64,000 bases of DNA, taken from NCBI GenBank assembly GCA_043228905.1, contig JBHGNT010000018.1, positions 5,332,001-5,396,000 on the forward strand. The letters run 5' to 3'. A model generated the notes under the pieces. It was not told where the DNA came from, searched no databases, and was given only the letters and a program-made list of their open reading frames with translations. The position numbers were made by a program, and so were the translations under genes. Positions 10,679-21,366 of this stretch are shown here, in pieces; within the stretch, counting starts at the first letter, position 1; every line of letters begins with the position of its first letter. Source of the stretch: Azolla caroliniana (lineage: Eukaryota; Plantae; Polypodiophyta).

Positions 10679-12029
10679 TGAAGACAGAGAGGGAGGGCAT
10701 CTTTGAAAATAAGGTCCATGTAGACCCAAGAAAAAAATCCCCTCAACAACTCTACATTATGATGAATCAAATGATTATTCCTGAATGTATGGATGAACAC
10801 AATCATCGTACTTTACTTTATTTTGTCATTCGTGGTTCTTGTTTGCACATGGACTGTCTGTCCCGAGATAAACTACTTTTGGTGTCCCCAGTTCTAGGTC
10901 TCGCCACAACAAGAAGAAGAAGCAAAGGGTCTCTCTCGCTCGTGATGCCTCTCGATATAAAGATAGAACCGTGTATTTATGGCCATCGAATGAGCCACTT
11001 GTCGATTGGGTAAACCTTCAGCTCTCCATGGAGTGATTCTGTTGCCATGAATCGATTCGATGATCACCTGGTTGGCATCGCAGAGCATCTCTAACGAGAG
11101 AGAAATCAAATGGTGAGTTCTCAGTAAAATATATGTTTGACACATCGCTCTCACCATCATTGCTCGATGGGGTCAAAGTATATAGTGGTAGCATCTCCAA
11201 GTCAATGGAGATGGTGGCGAAGCACTTTCTTAATATGTCTTATTAAAACTTGTATCAAGATGGTCGTAGAACTGGATAGGAAGTAGTAAAACACTTCAAA
11301 AGACGCATAATTCAACATCTCATGGTTGGATGGATATAAGTATGATGAAATGGCTTGGAAAATAGGACACATTTACACTTTTTATGTAAATGCATCCTAT
11401 CTTTACCCTAAAGCCTAGAACATCAAAGTGTGTGAGAGAGGGAGAAAGAAACTTCACTGTAAAGTGTAGAACATCAAAATCAAGTTAGCAAGAGCGTGGG
11501 TCAAAGTCGTTGAAGAAGAAGGTAAAGGGAGAGCTTGCCCTAGCCATAAAACCTAAACTCGAATAAATCACCCTACCAATTTACTACCCATGTGCTCTAG
11601 CAAAGAGCTTGAGGTTCCACAACGCCCATAGGCCACAACAAATAAGCCATACACTTTTAGAATGAAACACAACTATGTACTAGTACACTTTGCGCCTACA
11701 TGCTTGCTCACACTTTCAATTCCACATTCAGATATATGTACAAGCATAAGTCCACACAAAAGCACACACTTAAAATAATTACATACATATGCACACAATT
11801 ATAGCGCGCACACACACACAAACCTTACATTAATTATATTCACATGTAAAGTCTGCACACACATTGTTATGTCCCAAAATCAAGATTCAATTAATCACAT
11901 ACAAGAACACATGAATGGAAACAAACACAAGAACTCAAAATATTACATTAGTCCCAATATTGGGAATAAACCAAAACATGAGTTGGGAGTCGGGACAAAT
12001 TGGAACAAGTCGCGACTACTCTAAAATTG

Positions 12030-12083
<54 letters not shown>
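12030..12083. repeat. (GT)n(GA)n compound microsatellite
   Basis: Direct reading. Confidence 0.9.
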
Positions 12084-12085
<2 letters not shown>

Positions 12086-12289
12086 ACCACACTCAATGGA
12101 GTAAAATGTGTGAATCTAAGAACTTCAAGGGAGAGAATGAGGACTGGCTCCTTCGTATGTAAGGCCCGAATATGGCCATTGGGACTAGTCTTTGGTGGCT
12201 AGTGGTTGCATAAACGCGTGCGTGTGCTACTCGAGCAAGATCTTGGGGGACTTGGACCTCGTCACATGGGAAATGGAAGAATTGACGGA

Positions 12290-13512
12290 ATTGATTCATT
12301 CATTAGAAAATGGCAATTACCTACTGAACAAGCATTATCAACGGATAAAAAAATTGATGAAGATATGAAATTTGATTTAATCTTGGGTGCCTTACCAGAT
12401 TTGTGGGGCGCTTTTGTCACCACACATGGAAATGATGACACTTCAAACATGAAGAACATAATCCTAAAAATGAAAAGAGAAGAGATCATTCAACACTAAT
12501 GAGCCTTCGAGTCATCCATCCTCTCTCGTTCAGGTCCCCGATGGTCCCTCTCGTGTAGCATATGTACACACGTAGCTTCACGACATGGAAGGAACCCACA
12601 AATTTTGTTATGATGTTTACCCATTCCCTCATACTCCACCAAACCCATGCAACAATTTATCACTCAACTAAAAGAGACGTTTCCATTGAAGTATCTTGGA
12701 CCATAGAACATTTTCAAGGCATAAAAGTTACACAAAATAAAATAAAAGGATACACTCTCTCTATCTCAAAAGAAATTGGTAGAAGAAATTCTCCAAAAGT
12801 TTGAGATGGTAGATTCTAAACCTATCTCCACACAGTGACCATACCTTCCAAATTATCCACTGTATGATAGTCCCAGATCAATCTATGTCCACACCAACCT
12901 CAAGATCTACATTTGGGATGGTTTTCACTTTTACAGGTGCAACAATTGCTTGATGAACTAGAACACAATCTTTTGTTGCACTTTCGAGTACTAAAGCTGA
13001 GTACATTAATGCAACCCTTACCGCAAAAGAAGGCCTCTAGATAAGGAAAATCATTGAAGACCTTGATATCTTCAAACTAAAAGAAATGAAGATATTTTGC
13101 GCTAATTAATCAAACAAACATATTCGAGCTTGTCATCATTTATCAGAGACTTGGTCGAAGCAAAAGTGATGTCACTTGAATACACCTCTCCCACAACCAT
13201 GTGGGCTGATTTTCTCACAAAACCCATACCATACCCCCAGCAAAAGGCATTGGTTATGTTGTTCCAAGGGTAGGACTCAAATTAAAGAAATCAAACAAAT
13301 TGGTTGTTTACCTTAAGTTGGGGTGTTAGAATATTTAATATTAGAATTACTACATACTAATATGTATTTACATATAAATAACAGATATTAAATAAAAACG
13401 ACAATAAATAATTTAAGAACTTATTCATGTAAGATTTGTTCACAATGAACATCTACCTGTGAAATGTAGGACCAATCATGTTGATAATTTAGTCTCTCAT
13501 TTTTATTCAACA
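12290..13512 (+). mobile_element. Heavily deleted Ty1/copia remnant with probable 3' LTR (13324-~13512)
   Basis: Gag-like KIDEDMKFDLILGALPDLW, RT-like HFQGIKVTQN, RNase H VALSSTKAEY and MWADFLTKP, purine tract aagttggggg followed by TGTTAG…CAACA. Confidence 0.65.
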
Positions 13513-13769
13513 CACTAACCTATATGAATACATACATACATATATATATATATATACAATTATTATTCTTTGTTAGATAGTACCTTAAATTCCTAAAAGT
13601 CCCTTATTCTTCTACAACTATTTACTATGAATCTCCCTTTGTGCAACTTGCTTGGCTTGTTTGTCTTAGAGGGGGTAGTCCCAACTTAGACTATCATACA
13701 AATAGATTTTCTGCATTGGATAAGTACTGTCAAGTCTAAGCTCAATCTCTTAAGGTCTGATGAAGCTAG

Positions 13770-16412
13770 CTACCTTGCAGAGAAAATCACATCCGATTCT
13801 GCCATGTAGGATTGCATATTTGCAGAGTTGCTACTGCTTTGATAGCCTACTAAGATCGCACTCGGAGCCGGGTACGGAGGGATCCCAATGTCGTCACCGA
13901 TTCCTTCGAAGAGCTGAAGAATTCGCAACATGGATGGTCGCGATTCGGGCTGATATTGGACACACCAGAGCCCGATCTTAAGGACTCGAATTTTCTCAAG
14001 GTTTTCAGCATACTTATCTGATTGTACACTATCTGGTACTAATTCCACTTCTCTGTTGGGGATGCCAATATTCTCATGATCATGCTCATCAATCTGACCC
14101 TGTGGATGCTCTTCCCTGTCGACGGTCTCTTCTTCTTCTCCATTTGAAATGCTCGCATCGATATGGTCGCCTGAAATGAACTTGTATGCCCAATCCACAA
14201 GGGTTTCATCATCATTCCCTCTCTCATGGAACCCCCTCACAAGCTTAAGCAGCACCATGCCATAGCTATAGACGTCCGCTTTAGATGTGATCTCGACGGT
14301 TTTCAACCATTCGGGCGCTATGTAGCCCCTTGTTCCTCGTGCACCCGACATATGTAGATTGCTCCTCACCTCTTCTAGCTGCCTCGCCAATCCGAAGTCG
14401 GCCACTTTGGGCGTAAAACCATGGTCTAAGAGCACATTCTCGGGCTTAATGTCACAGTGCAATATGTGTGGCTTGCAGTCATGGTGAAGGTATGCAATGC
14501 CTCGGGCCGTTCCTACAGCTATGGAGTATCGGACCGCCCATGGAAGAGGCTTGGGTTTTCCGGAGAGGAACCTGGCTACCGATCCATTCTCGATGTATTC
14601 ATATACCAAGATCCTCTTCCCGGGAGCTCGGCCTCCTCCTCCGATGGAGTAGCCCACAAGATCCACTAGATTGATATGATGGATCTTGCCAAGAGTGCTC
14701 ACTTCTGCTCTGAATTGCCTGTCAGCTTCTCCATGGCTTGCACCCATGGTGTCTTTTAGCACCTTCACAGCAACAGGGAGCTGCTTTTCTCTTGCTTTTT
14801 TCTCATTCTCCATCACCACTATGATTCTGCCTTTGTATACTTTCCCAAAGCCCCCTTCACCCAACAACTCACTGAAATTCTGAGTTGCCTCTACCAGCTG
14901 ATGGTATGTGAACTTAATCGGCCCACCATCACTCACTACCCTCACACACTCATCCTTTCTCATCTTTCCGAGGATCATATCTCCATATCCTGTTGTCCAC
15001 ATTATGATGGAACCGACGACTAGCAACACTACGATGAGAGCCGCCAGAATTGCCCCTATAACTGCCCCTTTCTTGGCCCCTCCTCCTCCATCTTTAGTAG
15101 CTCCTCCTACTAAAGATGGAGGAGAGGACACCAACAACTTCATCAGTAGAGTATTGCCATTTGTGGTATGGCCATTCATGAGAAGCTGTGTTTTTTGATT
15201 ACCCTTAACGAAGCAAGTTTTATCGCCCTGCCTATATGATGCCACGATGCAATCGCAATTATCCAGGCATAGTTTCTTGCATTCGTCTATATCGTTAACG
15301 ACTTGGCTGGTTAAGTCACCATAATTATAGTCGCTATGCTCATTCGGTACCATGGATAAGGACCCATTACGATCCGATTCACATATGCCGCTCAAGTTCA
15401 AGTTATTATCGCACCCCCTAGAAACAAGCTGAGAATCCACAGGTTGATAACCGACCGGACAACTGCAAGTTAAAGAAGATCCATTTGTGTCTTGTTGGCA
15501 TATACCATATGCCCCACAAGGGCTTCCCAAGAGGCATTTGTTGCCGATAAAAAACCATACATTGTCCCATGTAGAATACGAAGCATTCCAAGCGTAGATC
15601 CTAAGATTCCCGTCAGGATCTAATCGAAGCATGCTCATGGGCATGGATGAATTGTCTTGATATGTTCTTCCTCCATCTCGGGTAAGCTTGAAAAAATCTT
15701 CACTCACATTCATGTATGCATATATGTAGATAAAGTCCACATTACTGGCACTATCTAATGCATGTAGATAAACATTCGTGGACGTATCGGTCTGAAGATG
15801 GAACCTTCCGGGGGGACCATAAGAGCTATCATTTGGCCGAGATTGCAATAGATAAGACTTATCTACTACTATAGAAGATAGTGGATTAATAGAAGCATTG
15901 TCTCTTGGCCTCACTACCAGAGTGTCTCTTAGGTCCGAGAAGCTCTGCCATAGTATAGTTTTCATGGTCTGGTCAAGAAGCTGTAGGTTTCCAGAATTTT
16001 GAAGCTTTGCAAAGGAAGCTTTGGAGATAGGGGTACTCCAAAGTATGGATTGATTGTTTCCATCTGAGAGCTCGAGGTTTCCATTACTAGTGAAGTTGAG
16101 TGTAGCTCCTTGTGTGACACTAGGGGTAGAGATGGAAGGCCACCATAGTGGAGTTCGGTTAGCGTCGGCCGTGACCCAAATGCAAAGAAGGAATTGGTCG
16201 AGGCCGAGGGATTTGAAGCCGAAAGTGAGGGTTCCGTTGTCGGAGAGCCAGAATCCGGAAGAAGAGGAATTAGTGGAAGCATTGGTGTGAGTTGAGAAAT
16301 GGGCATTTCCAGCCTGATACAGTGGTGTTGCAGCCAAGGCTCCATGGAAGCTAGAGAGGAGGAGAGGAGGAGGGAGGAGGAGGAGGAGGAAGAAGAGGAA
16401 CATGGGAGCCAT
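13770..16412 (-). CDS. G-type lectin S-receptor-like kinase, gene 3 (880 aa)
   Basis: Intact ORF: signal peptide, B-lectin, EGF, PAN, TM, kinase with HCDIKPEN; more diverged from genes 1/2. Confidence 0.95.
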   Translation of the reverse strand: MAPMFLFFLLLLLPPPLLLSSFHGALAATPLYQAGNAHFSTHTNASTNSSSSGFWLSDNGTLTFGFKSLGLDQFLLCIWVTADANRTPLWWPSISTPSVTQGATLNFTSNGNLELSDGNNQSILWSTPISKASFAKLQNSGNLQLLDQTMKTILWQSFSDLRDTLVVRPRDNASINPLSSIVVDKSYLLQSRPNDSSYGPPGRFHLQTDTSTNVYLHALDSASNVDFIYIYAYMNVSEDFFKLTRDGGRTYQDNSSMPMSMLRLDPDGNLRIYAWNASYSTWDNVWFFIGNKCLLGSPCGAYGICQQDTNGSSLTCSCPVGYQPVDSQLVSRGCDNNLNLSGICESDRNGSLSMVPNEHSDYNYGDLTSQVVNDIDECKKLCLDNCDCIVASYRQGDKTCFVKGNQKTQLLMNGHTTNGNTLLMKLLVSSPPSLVGGATKDGGGGAKKGAVIGAILAALIVVLLVVGSIIMWTTGYGDMILGKMRKDECVRVVSDGGPIKFTYHQLVEATQNFSELLGEGGFGKVYKGRIIVVMENEKKAREKQLPVAVKVLKDTMGASHGEADRQFRAEVSTLGKIHHINLVDLVGYSIGGGGRAPGKRILVYEYIENGSVARFLSGKPKPLPWAVRYSIAVGTARGIAYLHHDCKPHILHCDIKPENVLLDHGFTPKVADFGLARQLEEVRSNLHMSGARGTRGYIAPEWLKTVEITSKADVYSYGMVLLKLVRGFHERGNDDETLVDWAYKFISGDHIDASISNGEEEETVDREEHPQGQIDEHDHENIGIPNREVELVPDSVQSDKYAENLEKIRVLKIGLWCVQYQPESRPSMLRILQLFEGIGDDIGIPPYPAPSAILVGYQSSSNSANMQSYMAESDVIFSAR

Positions 16413-17634
16413 GAGAAAGTGTTTGGGTGTGTGTGAGAGAGATTATTATGTCTAAAGTATTGGCATCAGAGCCGTGTCCAATGGAGCTAAAAGAGAACGT
16501 CTAGCCTTCACCCAACAATGGTCGTCCAACAAACATTAGTCTCTCCCTTTCTTGAGTGAGTGGGCCTCCACATAAGATAGAACTATTGAGTCCCTTTTGG
16601 GATTTGTATATATGTACCATTCACAGCTGTAAAATTTTTATAAGTGTTGGAAAGAGCTTTGTTTTAGAAAAAAAAAACAAAAAAAAGAAGAGTTGTGAAG
16701 AGGGAAGGCATTGATGGATGGGAACAGGAGAGGCACAAGAAGGAGAGAGTGTCTCGACTATGAATACAATAGACAAGCGTGTAATTCCCTCTCCGATTCC
16801 ATTGGGTTCAATTCAATTGATGAAAGTGGGAGGAGTCGGGACTCTTTTGCCACACATGTAATAAATGATTGAGCCAACAAGAAAAGCCATGAAGACTTTT
16901 GTGTTGATTGTATTAACATGATGAAGCTTTTTTCGTTCTTTTTTTCATTTACATGTATTCACAATCCAGATAATGAAGGCCTTTTTAAAAAAAAATTGCA
17001 TGTGTGCAAAAGATATGATGTGTGGCTGTGGGGTTTTCCTTTCCAAGCTCATGATTGACAATGTCGGCCAAAGCCCTAGGCAACAACAACAAGTAAAAGT
17101 GTGCCCCATCTAGAGAGGGAGATTTGTTCGTCTAGCATGGAATGGACATCGCAACTGCAAGGGTGCCCGTATAGAGACAATCAAAATATTCTCCACGCAA
17201 GCAAAGAAACCATAATGTCTATAAAAAAGAAGAAGATATTTTAAAAGAAAGGAAATTCAGTTTGACAAACTATCCTATAAAAGGTAACATTATAAGGCCT
17301 TCTTAGGTTGATTCCTCATGGAAATATTCTTTTGTGTTTTCTCATTCCCAAGCACATGAGATATATAGATCTTCATTTTAAGAGACTCTACAATTGTAAG
17401 TTATATAACCAATGTGTAAGTACCTTGGCACTTGATGACTAGATAGTAAAAACCTAGTTACATCCTTTTCTCGGTTGTTTGGGCCCAAAATAACAAACTT
17501 GTAGTACGCATTTTGCGGTAGACTTTTTATGAACCACAAGTATGTAGGCGTAATATGATGATTTTCTTTCGTCCCCATAATGATACTCTTGTCTTCATGT
17601 GTAAAAGCTTCGATCGCATTGAATGAGTTTCTAA

Positions 17635-18016
17635 CCAAATCCGCAAGCAGCTAGACCCTAGTTAATGCACAAATAGTTTAAAAAAAACATAGAGAGATCG
17701 ATCGATGTTTGCGCAGAATTCCAAACTCGTTGGATGCGTGCACTCGTAACCTTCTTGTGCACCACATGTAGTTAGGAGTTCTCATGGATTGAATGTTCTC
17801 CTGAATCATTTCAATTCACTCATTCATCCAAATCCGCAAGCAGCTAGACCCTAGTTAATGCACAAATAGTTCAAAAAACATAGAGATCGATCGATGTTTG
17901 CGCAGAATTCCAAACTCGTTGGATGCTTGCACTCGTAACCTTCTTGTGCACCACATGTAGTTAGGAGTTCTCATGGATTGAATGTTCTCCTGAATCATTT
18001 CAATTCACTCATTCAT
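17635..18016. repeat. ~190-bp tandem duplication (17635-17827, 17828-18016)
   Basis: ccaaatccgcaagcagctagaccctag…caattcactcattcat repeated almost identically. Confidence 0.93.
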
Positions 18017-18171
18017 TCAATTATTCATTAAAATCATTCATTCATGAGTGGAAAGCAAGAGTAATCTTTGGGTCTAGCAGGAGTGGAGTGTGTTTCCTTC
18101 TCTATCCAATGATCAATCCATCATGAGAAGAAAAAAGACAGTCATAAAAGGGCACTCTTTCTCCAGACCTC

Positions 18172-19496
18172 GAGCCACTCTCAACTTCACAAGCAATGGA
18201 GACCTCGAGCTGATTGACACGAACCAATCCATTCTTTGGAGTACCTCTACCTCCAATGCTTCCTTTGCAAAGCTCCAAAATACGGGGAACCTACAGCTTT
18301 GTGACAGCTCGATGGAGAATTTGCAATGGCAGAGCTTCTCGGACCTCCGAGACACTCTGGTGGTGAGGCCAAGAGATGACAGTTCCACTAGTTCATTGAC
18401 TTCTATAGTAGTAGATAAGTCTTATCTATTGCGATCTCGACCAAACGATAGCTCCTATGGTCCCCCCGGAAGTTTCCATTTTCAGACCGATGGGTACTCA
18501 GTCGCGTATCTACGAGCATTGGATGTCGTCTATAATGTAGAATTACTCTACTTATATGCATATATCAACACAAGCCAAGGTGTTTTCGAGCTTAGCCGAG
18601 ATGGAGGGAAGACATATTGAGACAATTCATCCATGCCAATGAGTGTGCTTCAATTAGATCCCGACGGAAATCTAAGGATCTATGCTTGGAATGCTTCACA
18701 TTCCACATGGGACAGGGTATGGCAATTTCTCAACAACCAATGCCTCTTGGGAAGCCCTTGTGGGGCTTATGGCATATGCAAAGAAGACACAAATGGATCT
18801 CCGACTTGCACTTGTCCGGTCGGTTATCAACCTGTGGATACTCAGCTTCTTTCCTGCGGGTGTTACAATAGTTTGAACTTGAGCAGTCTATGTGGTAATA
18901 ATTCTAGTAATGGATCATTATCCATGGTCCCCAATCAGCATCGGAGGATGGAGATCTCAGGGGAAGAGGATCCTGGTATATGAATACATCGAAAATGGTT
19001 AGTTAGCCAGGTTCCTCTCCGGAGAACTGAAGCCTCTCCCATGGGCGGTTCGATACTCCATAGCTGTAGGAACAGCTCGAGGCATTGCATATCTTCATCA
19101 CGATTGCAAGCCACACATAGTGCACTGTGACATTAAGCCTGAGAATGTGCTCTTAGACCATGAGTTTACGGCCAAAGTCGCGGACTTCGGATTGGCGAGG
19201 CGGTTAGAAGAGGTGAAGAGCAATCTACTGATGTCGGGTGCACGAGGAACAAGGGGCTACATGGCACCCGAATGGTTGAAAACCGCCGAGATCACATCGA
19301 AAGCAGAGATGTCTACAGCTATGGAATCGTGCTTCTTAAGCTTGCGAGGGGATTTCATGAGAGAGCAAATGATGATGAATCCCTTGTGGATTGGGCATAC
19401 CAGTTCATTTCGGCAGCAGAAAGACGGGACCATAAGGGACAGAGCATTTCAAATGGGGGAGAAGATTCTCTGAAGAAGGAAGAGCATCCAAATGGT
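18172..19496 (+). pseudogene. RLK pseudogene 4, 5' part (gene 3-like)
   Basis: ATLNFTSNGDLEL… homology to gene 3. Lacks signal peptide; stop at 18618-18620; ~690-bp internal deletion near 18940; frameshift near 19305; split by copia A. Confidence 0.9.
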
Positions 19497-20128
19497 TGTT
19501 GTGTAAAATTGTCCCTCCTTACGGGGGAGTCGGCCGAAAAGCCGAAATCGGCCGAAGAGTTGAAGGGAACTCGAAGGTGTATACACATATATACACTTTT
19601 GATTCACATCTATGTGTATGTGGGTTAGCATACATATATGCTAAGAGGCATTCGCTGCCTTTGTATACTCAAGTGAGTTGTAGTATTATTGAGTGTGTTT
19701 TAGGTGCGACTGTGAGAAGAGCGAAAAACGAGTTGCAGAAGAGAAGTGTGACTCAGAGAACGACCGCGTATATGCACAGTAGTGGCTGTGAGAACGAAAC
19801 AGAAAAAGCTGAGTGTGTGTGAAGAAAAGGGAGAAGAACAAAAGGGAAGAAAGACAAGAATTGAGAAGCCAAGGGAATTTCGAACGGGAAAGACACCTAC
19901 GCATTAGGGTTTGGTATGCTCATTTGAAATCGCGATATTAGAGCACATTCAGACCAGTACAGGTTCTTTTATTCAGTGGTTGTATTCTGTCTTTCTATCA
20001 TAGTGAAATTTCTGTTCCATGGTTTTTTCCCTGAAATTAGGGTTTTCCACGTAAATCTTGTTTTACTCTTTATTTTCAATTTGTGTCTAAGGTTACTTCG
20101 TAATCCTTGTTTGAGTGAAATCTTATCA
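19497..20128 (+). repeat. 5' LTR of A (632 bp)
   Basis: Matches 34796-35560 but lacks two internal segments. Confidence 0.92.
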
Positions 20129-21300
20129 AATTGGTATTAGAGCATAGGTTTTAGATGGAAGGGGGTGTGAGTGGCTTTCCGGGGATGATTGTCCTAAACT
20201 CACAAAACTACTCAGACTGGAATATCAAAATGGAAGATCTTTTGATAGTCAAAGACTTATATGATATAGAAAATAAGGATATACCAAGAGGGGTGATAGA
20301 ATCGGAGTGGAAAATTTTAAATAGAAAGGCAGTGGCAACTATAAGACAATGTGTAGACATTAGTGTCCTACAACATGTAGCGAGTGATACCAATTCCTTC
20401 GAGTTATGGCATAAACTCTCTGCCCTCTATGAAAGGAAAAATGCCTTAAATAAAACCTTCTTGATGAGTAAGATAGTGAGACTAAAGTATGTAGATGGGG
20501 AGAGGATTGTAGAGCACATCAGTACTTTTATGGGACTGGTAAATCAGTTAGTCTCAACGAAGTTCCCATTAGATGATGTTATGCAGGCCACACTACTGCT
20601 ATGTACTCTACCGGACAGTTGGGAAAACTTAATAGCGACACTCAACACTTCATATAAAGAAGACAACCTATCTTTACAAACAGTAAAGACTAGCATTTTA
20701 AATGAAGAGACAAGAAGAAAGGATAAAAGTGCCTTGTCTCAATCGGAGGCTAATGTGACCCAAGAACTTAGTAGAGGTAGAAGAGAACACAGAAGTATAG
20801 AAAATGGAGATAGGTTTTATGCAAGATCGAAATCTAGAGGAAGACCTACATGCTTCTATTGTGGGAAGCCTAGTCACTTCCAAAAGAATTGCCGACACCT
20901 TAGGAAGGACAAAGGCATGGCTGATGAGATCGAACACAAGAAAATTTCTGATGATAAAAACACCTCAGCCATTGTAACTAGTGAAGAAGAGATGCTATTT
21001 ATCTGTGAACAAGGTAGCGTGTGTCACAGACAAGTATAATAGAGTAGAACGAAGATAAGACTGGAGAACAAGAGAGAGGAAAAGAACAAGAACTCAACTT
21101 ATAGAATCCGTAACTTGTGTTGTACACCTTGATTAGAATCAAGGTGCACATGAGTATTTATACAAGAGGGTAGGGCTATGTAAGCCAACTAGAAATAGAG
21201 TGCATGAGGATGCATGCAAGCTAGAGAATGAGAATGCATGTAAGCTAGGAACTTCCAATGTTTAATCTACACTATGTGAAGTTGAATTAAATATAAGGAT

Positions 21301-21366
21301 GTATATGTAGCTCAAGTGGTAGGGTTTGCCCAATAGAGACCATGAGGTCTTGGGTTCAATCCCTAC
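21301..21366 (+). promoter_or_regulatory. tRNA-like Pol III A/B-box cassette in U3 of B (second copy ~31630-31695)
   Basis: A box TAGCTCAAGTGGTA (21308) and B box GGTTCAATCCC (21353), 45 nt apart as in tRNA positions 8 and 53; antisense to the element. Confidence 0.7.

Larger units (their letters stand above)
6607..10856 (-). repeat. Right arm of large inverted duplication
   Basis: See left arm; ~570-bp non-palindromic spacer at 6036-6606. Confidence 0.88.
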
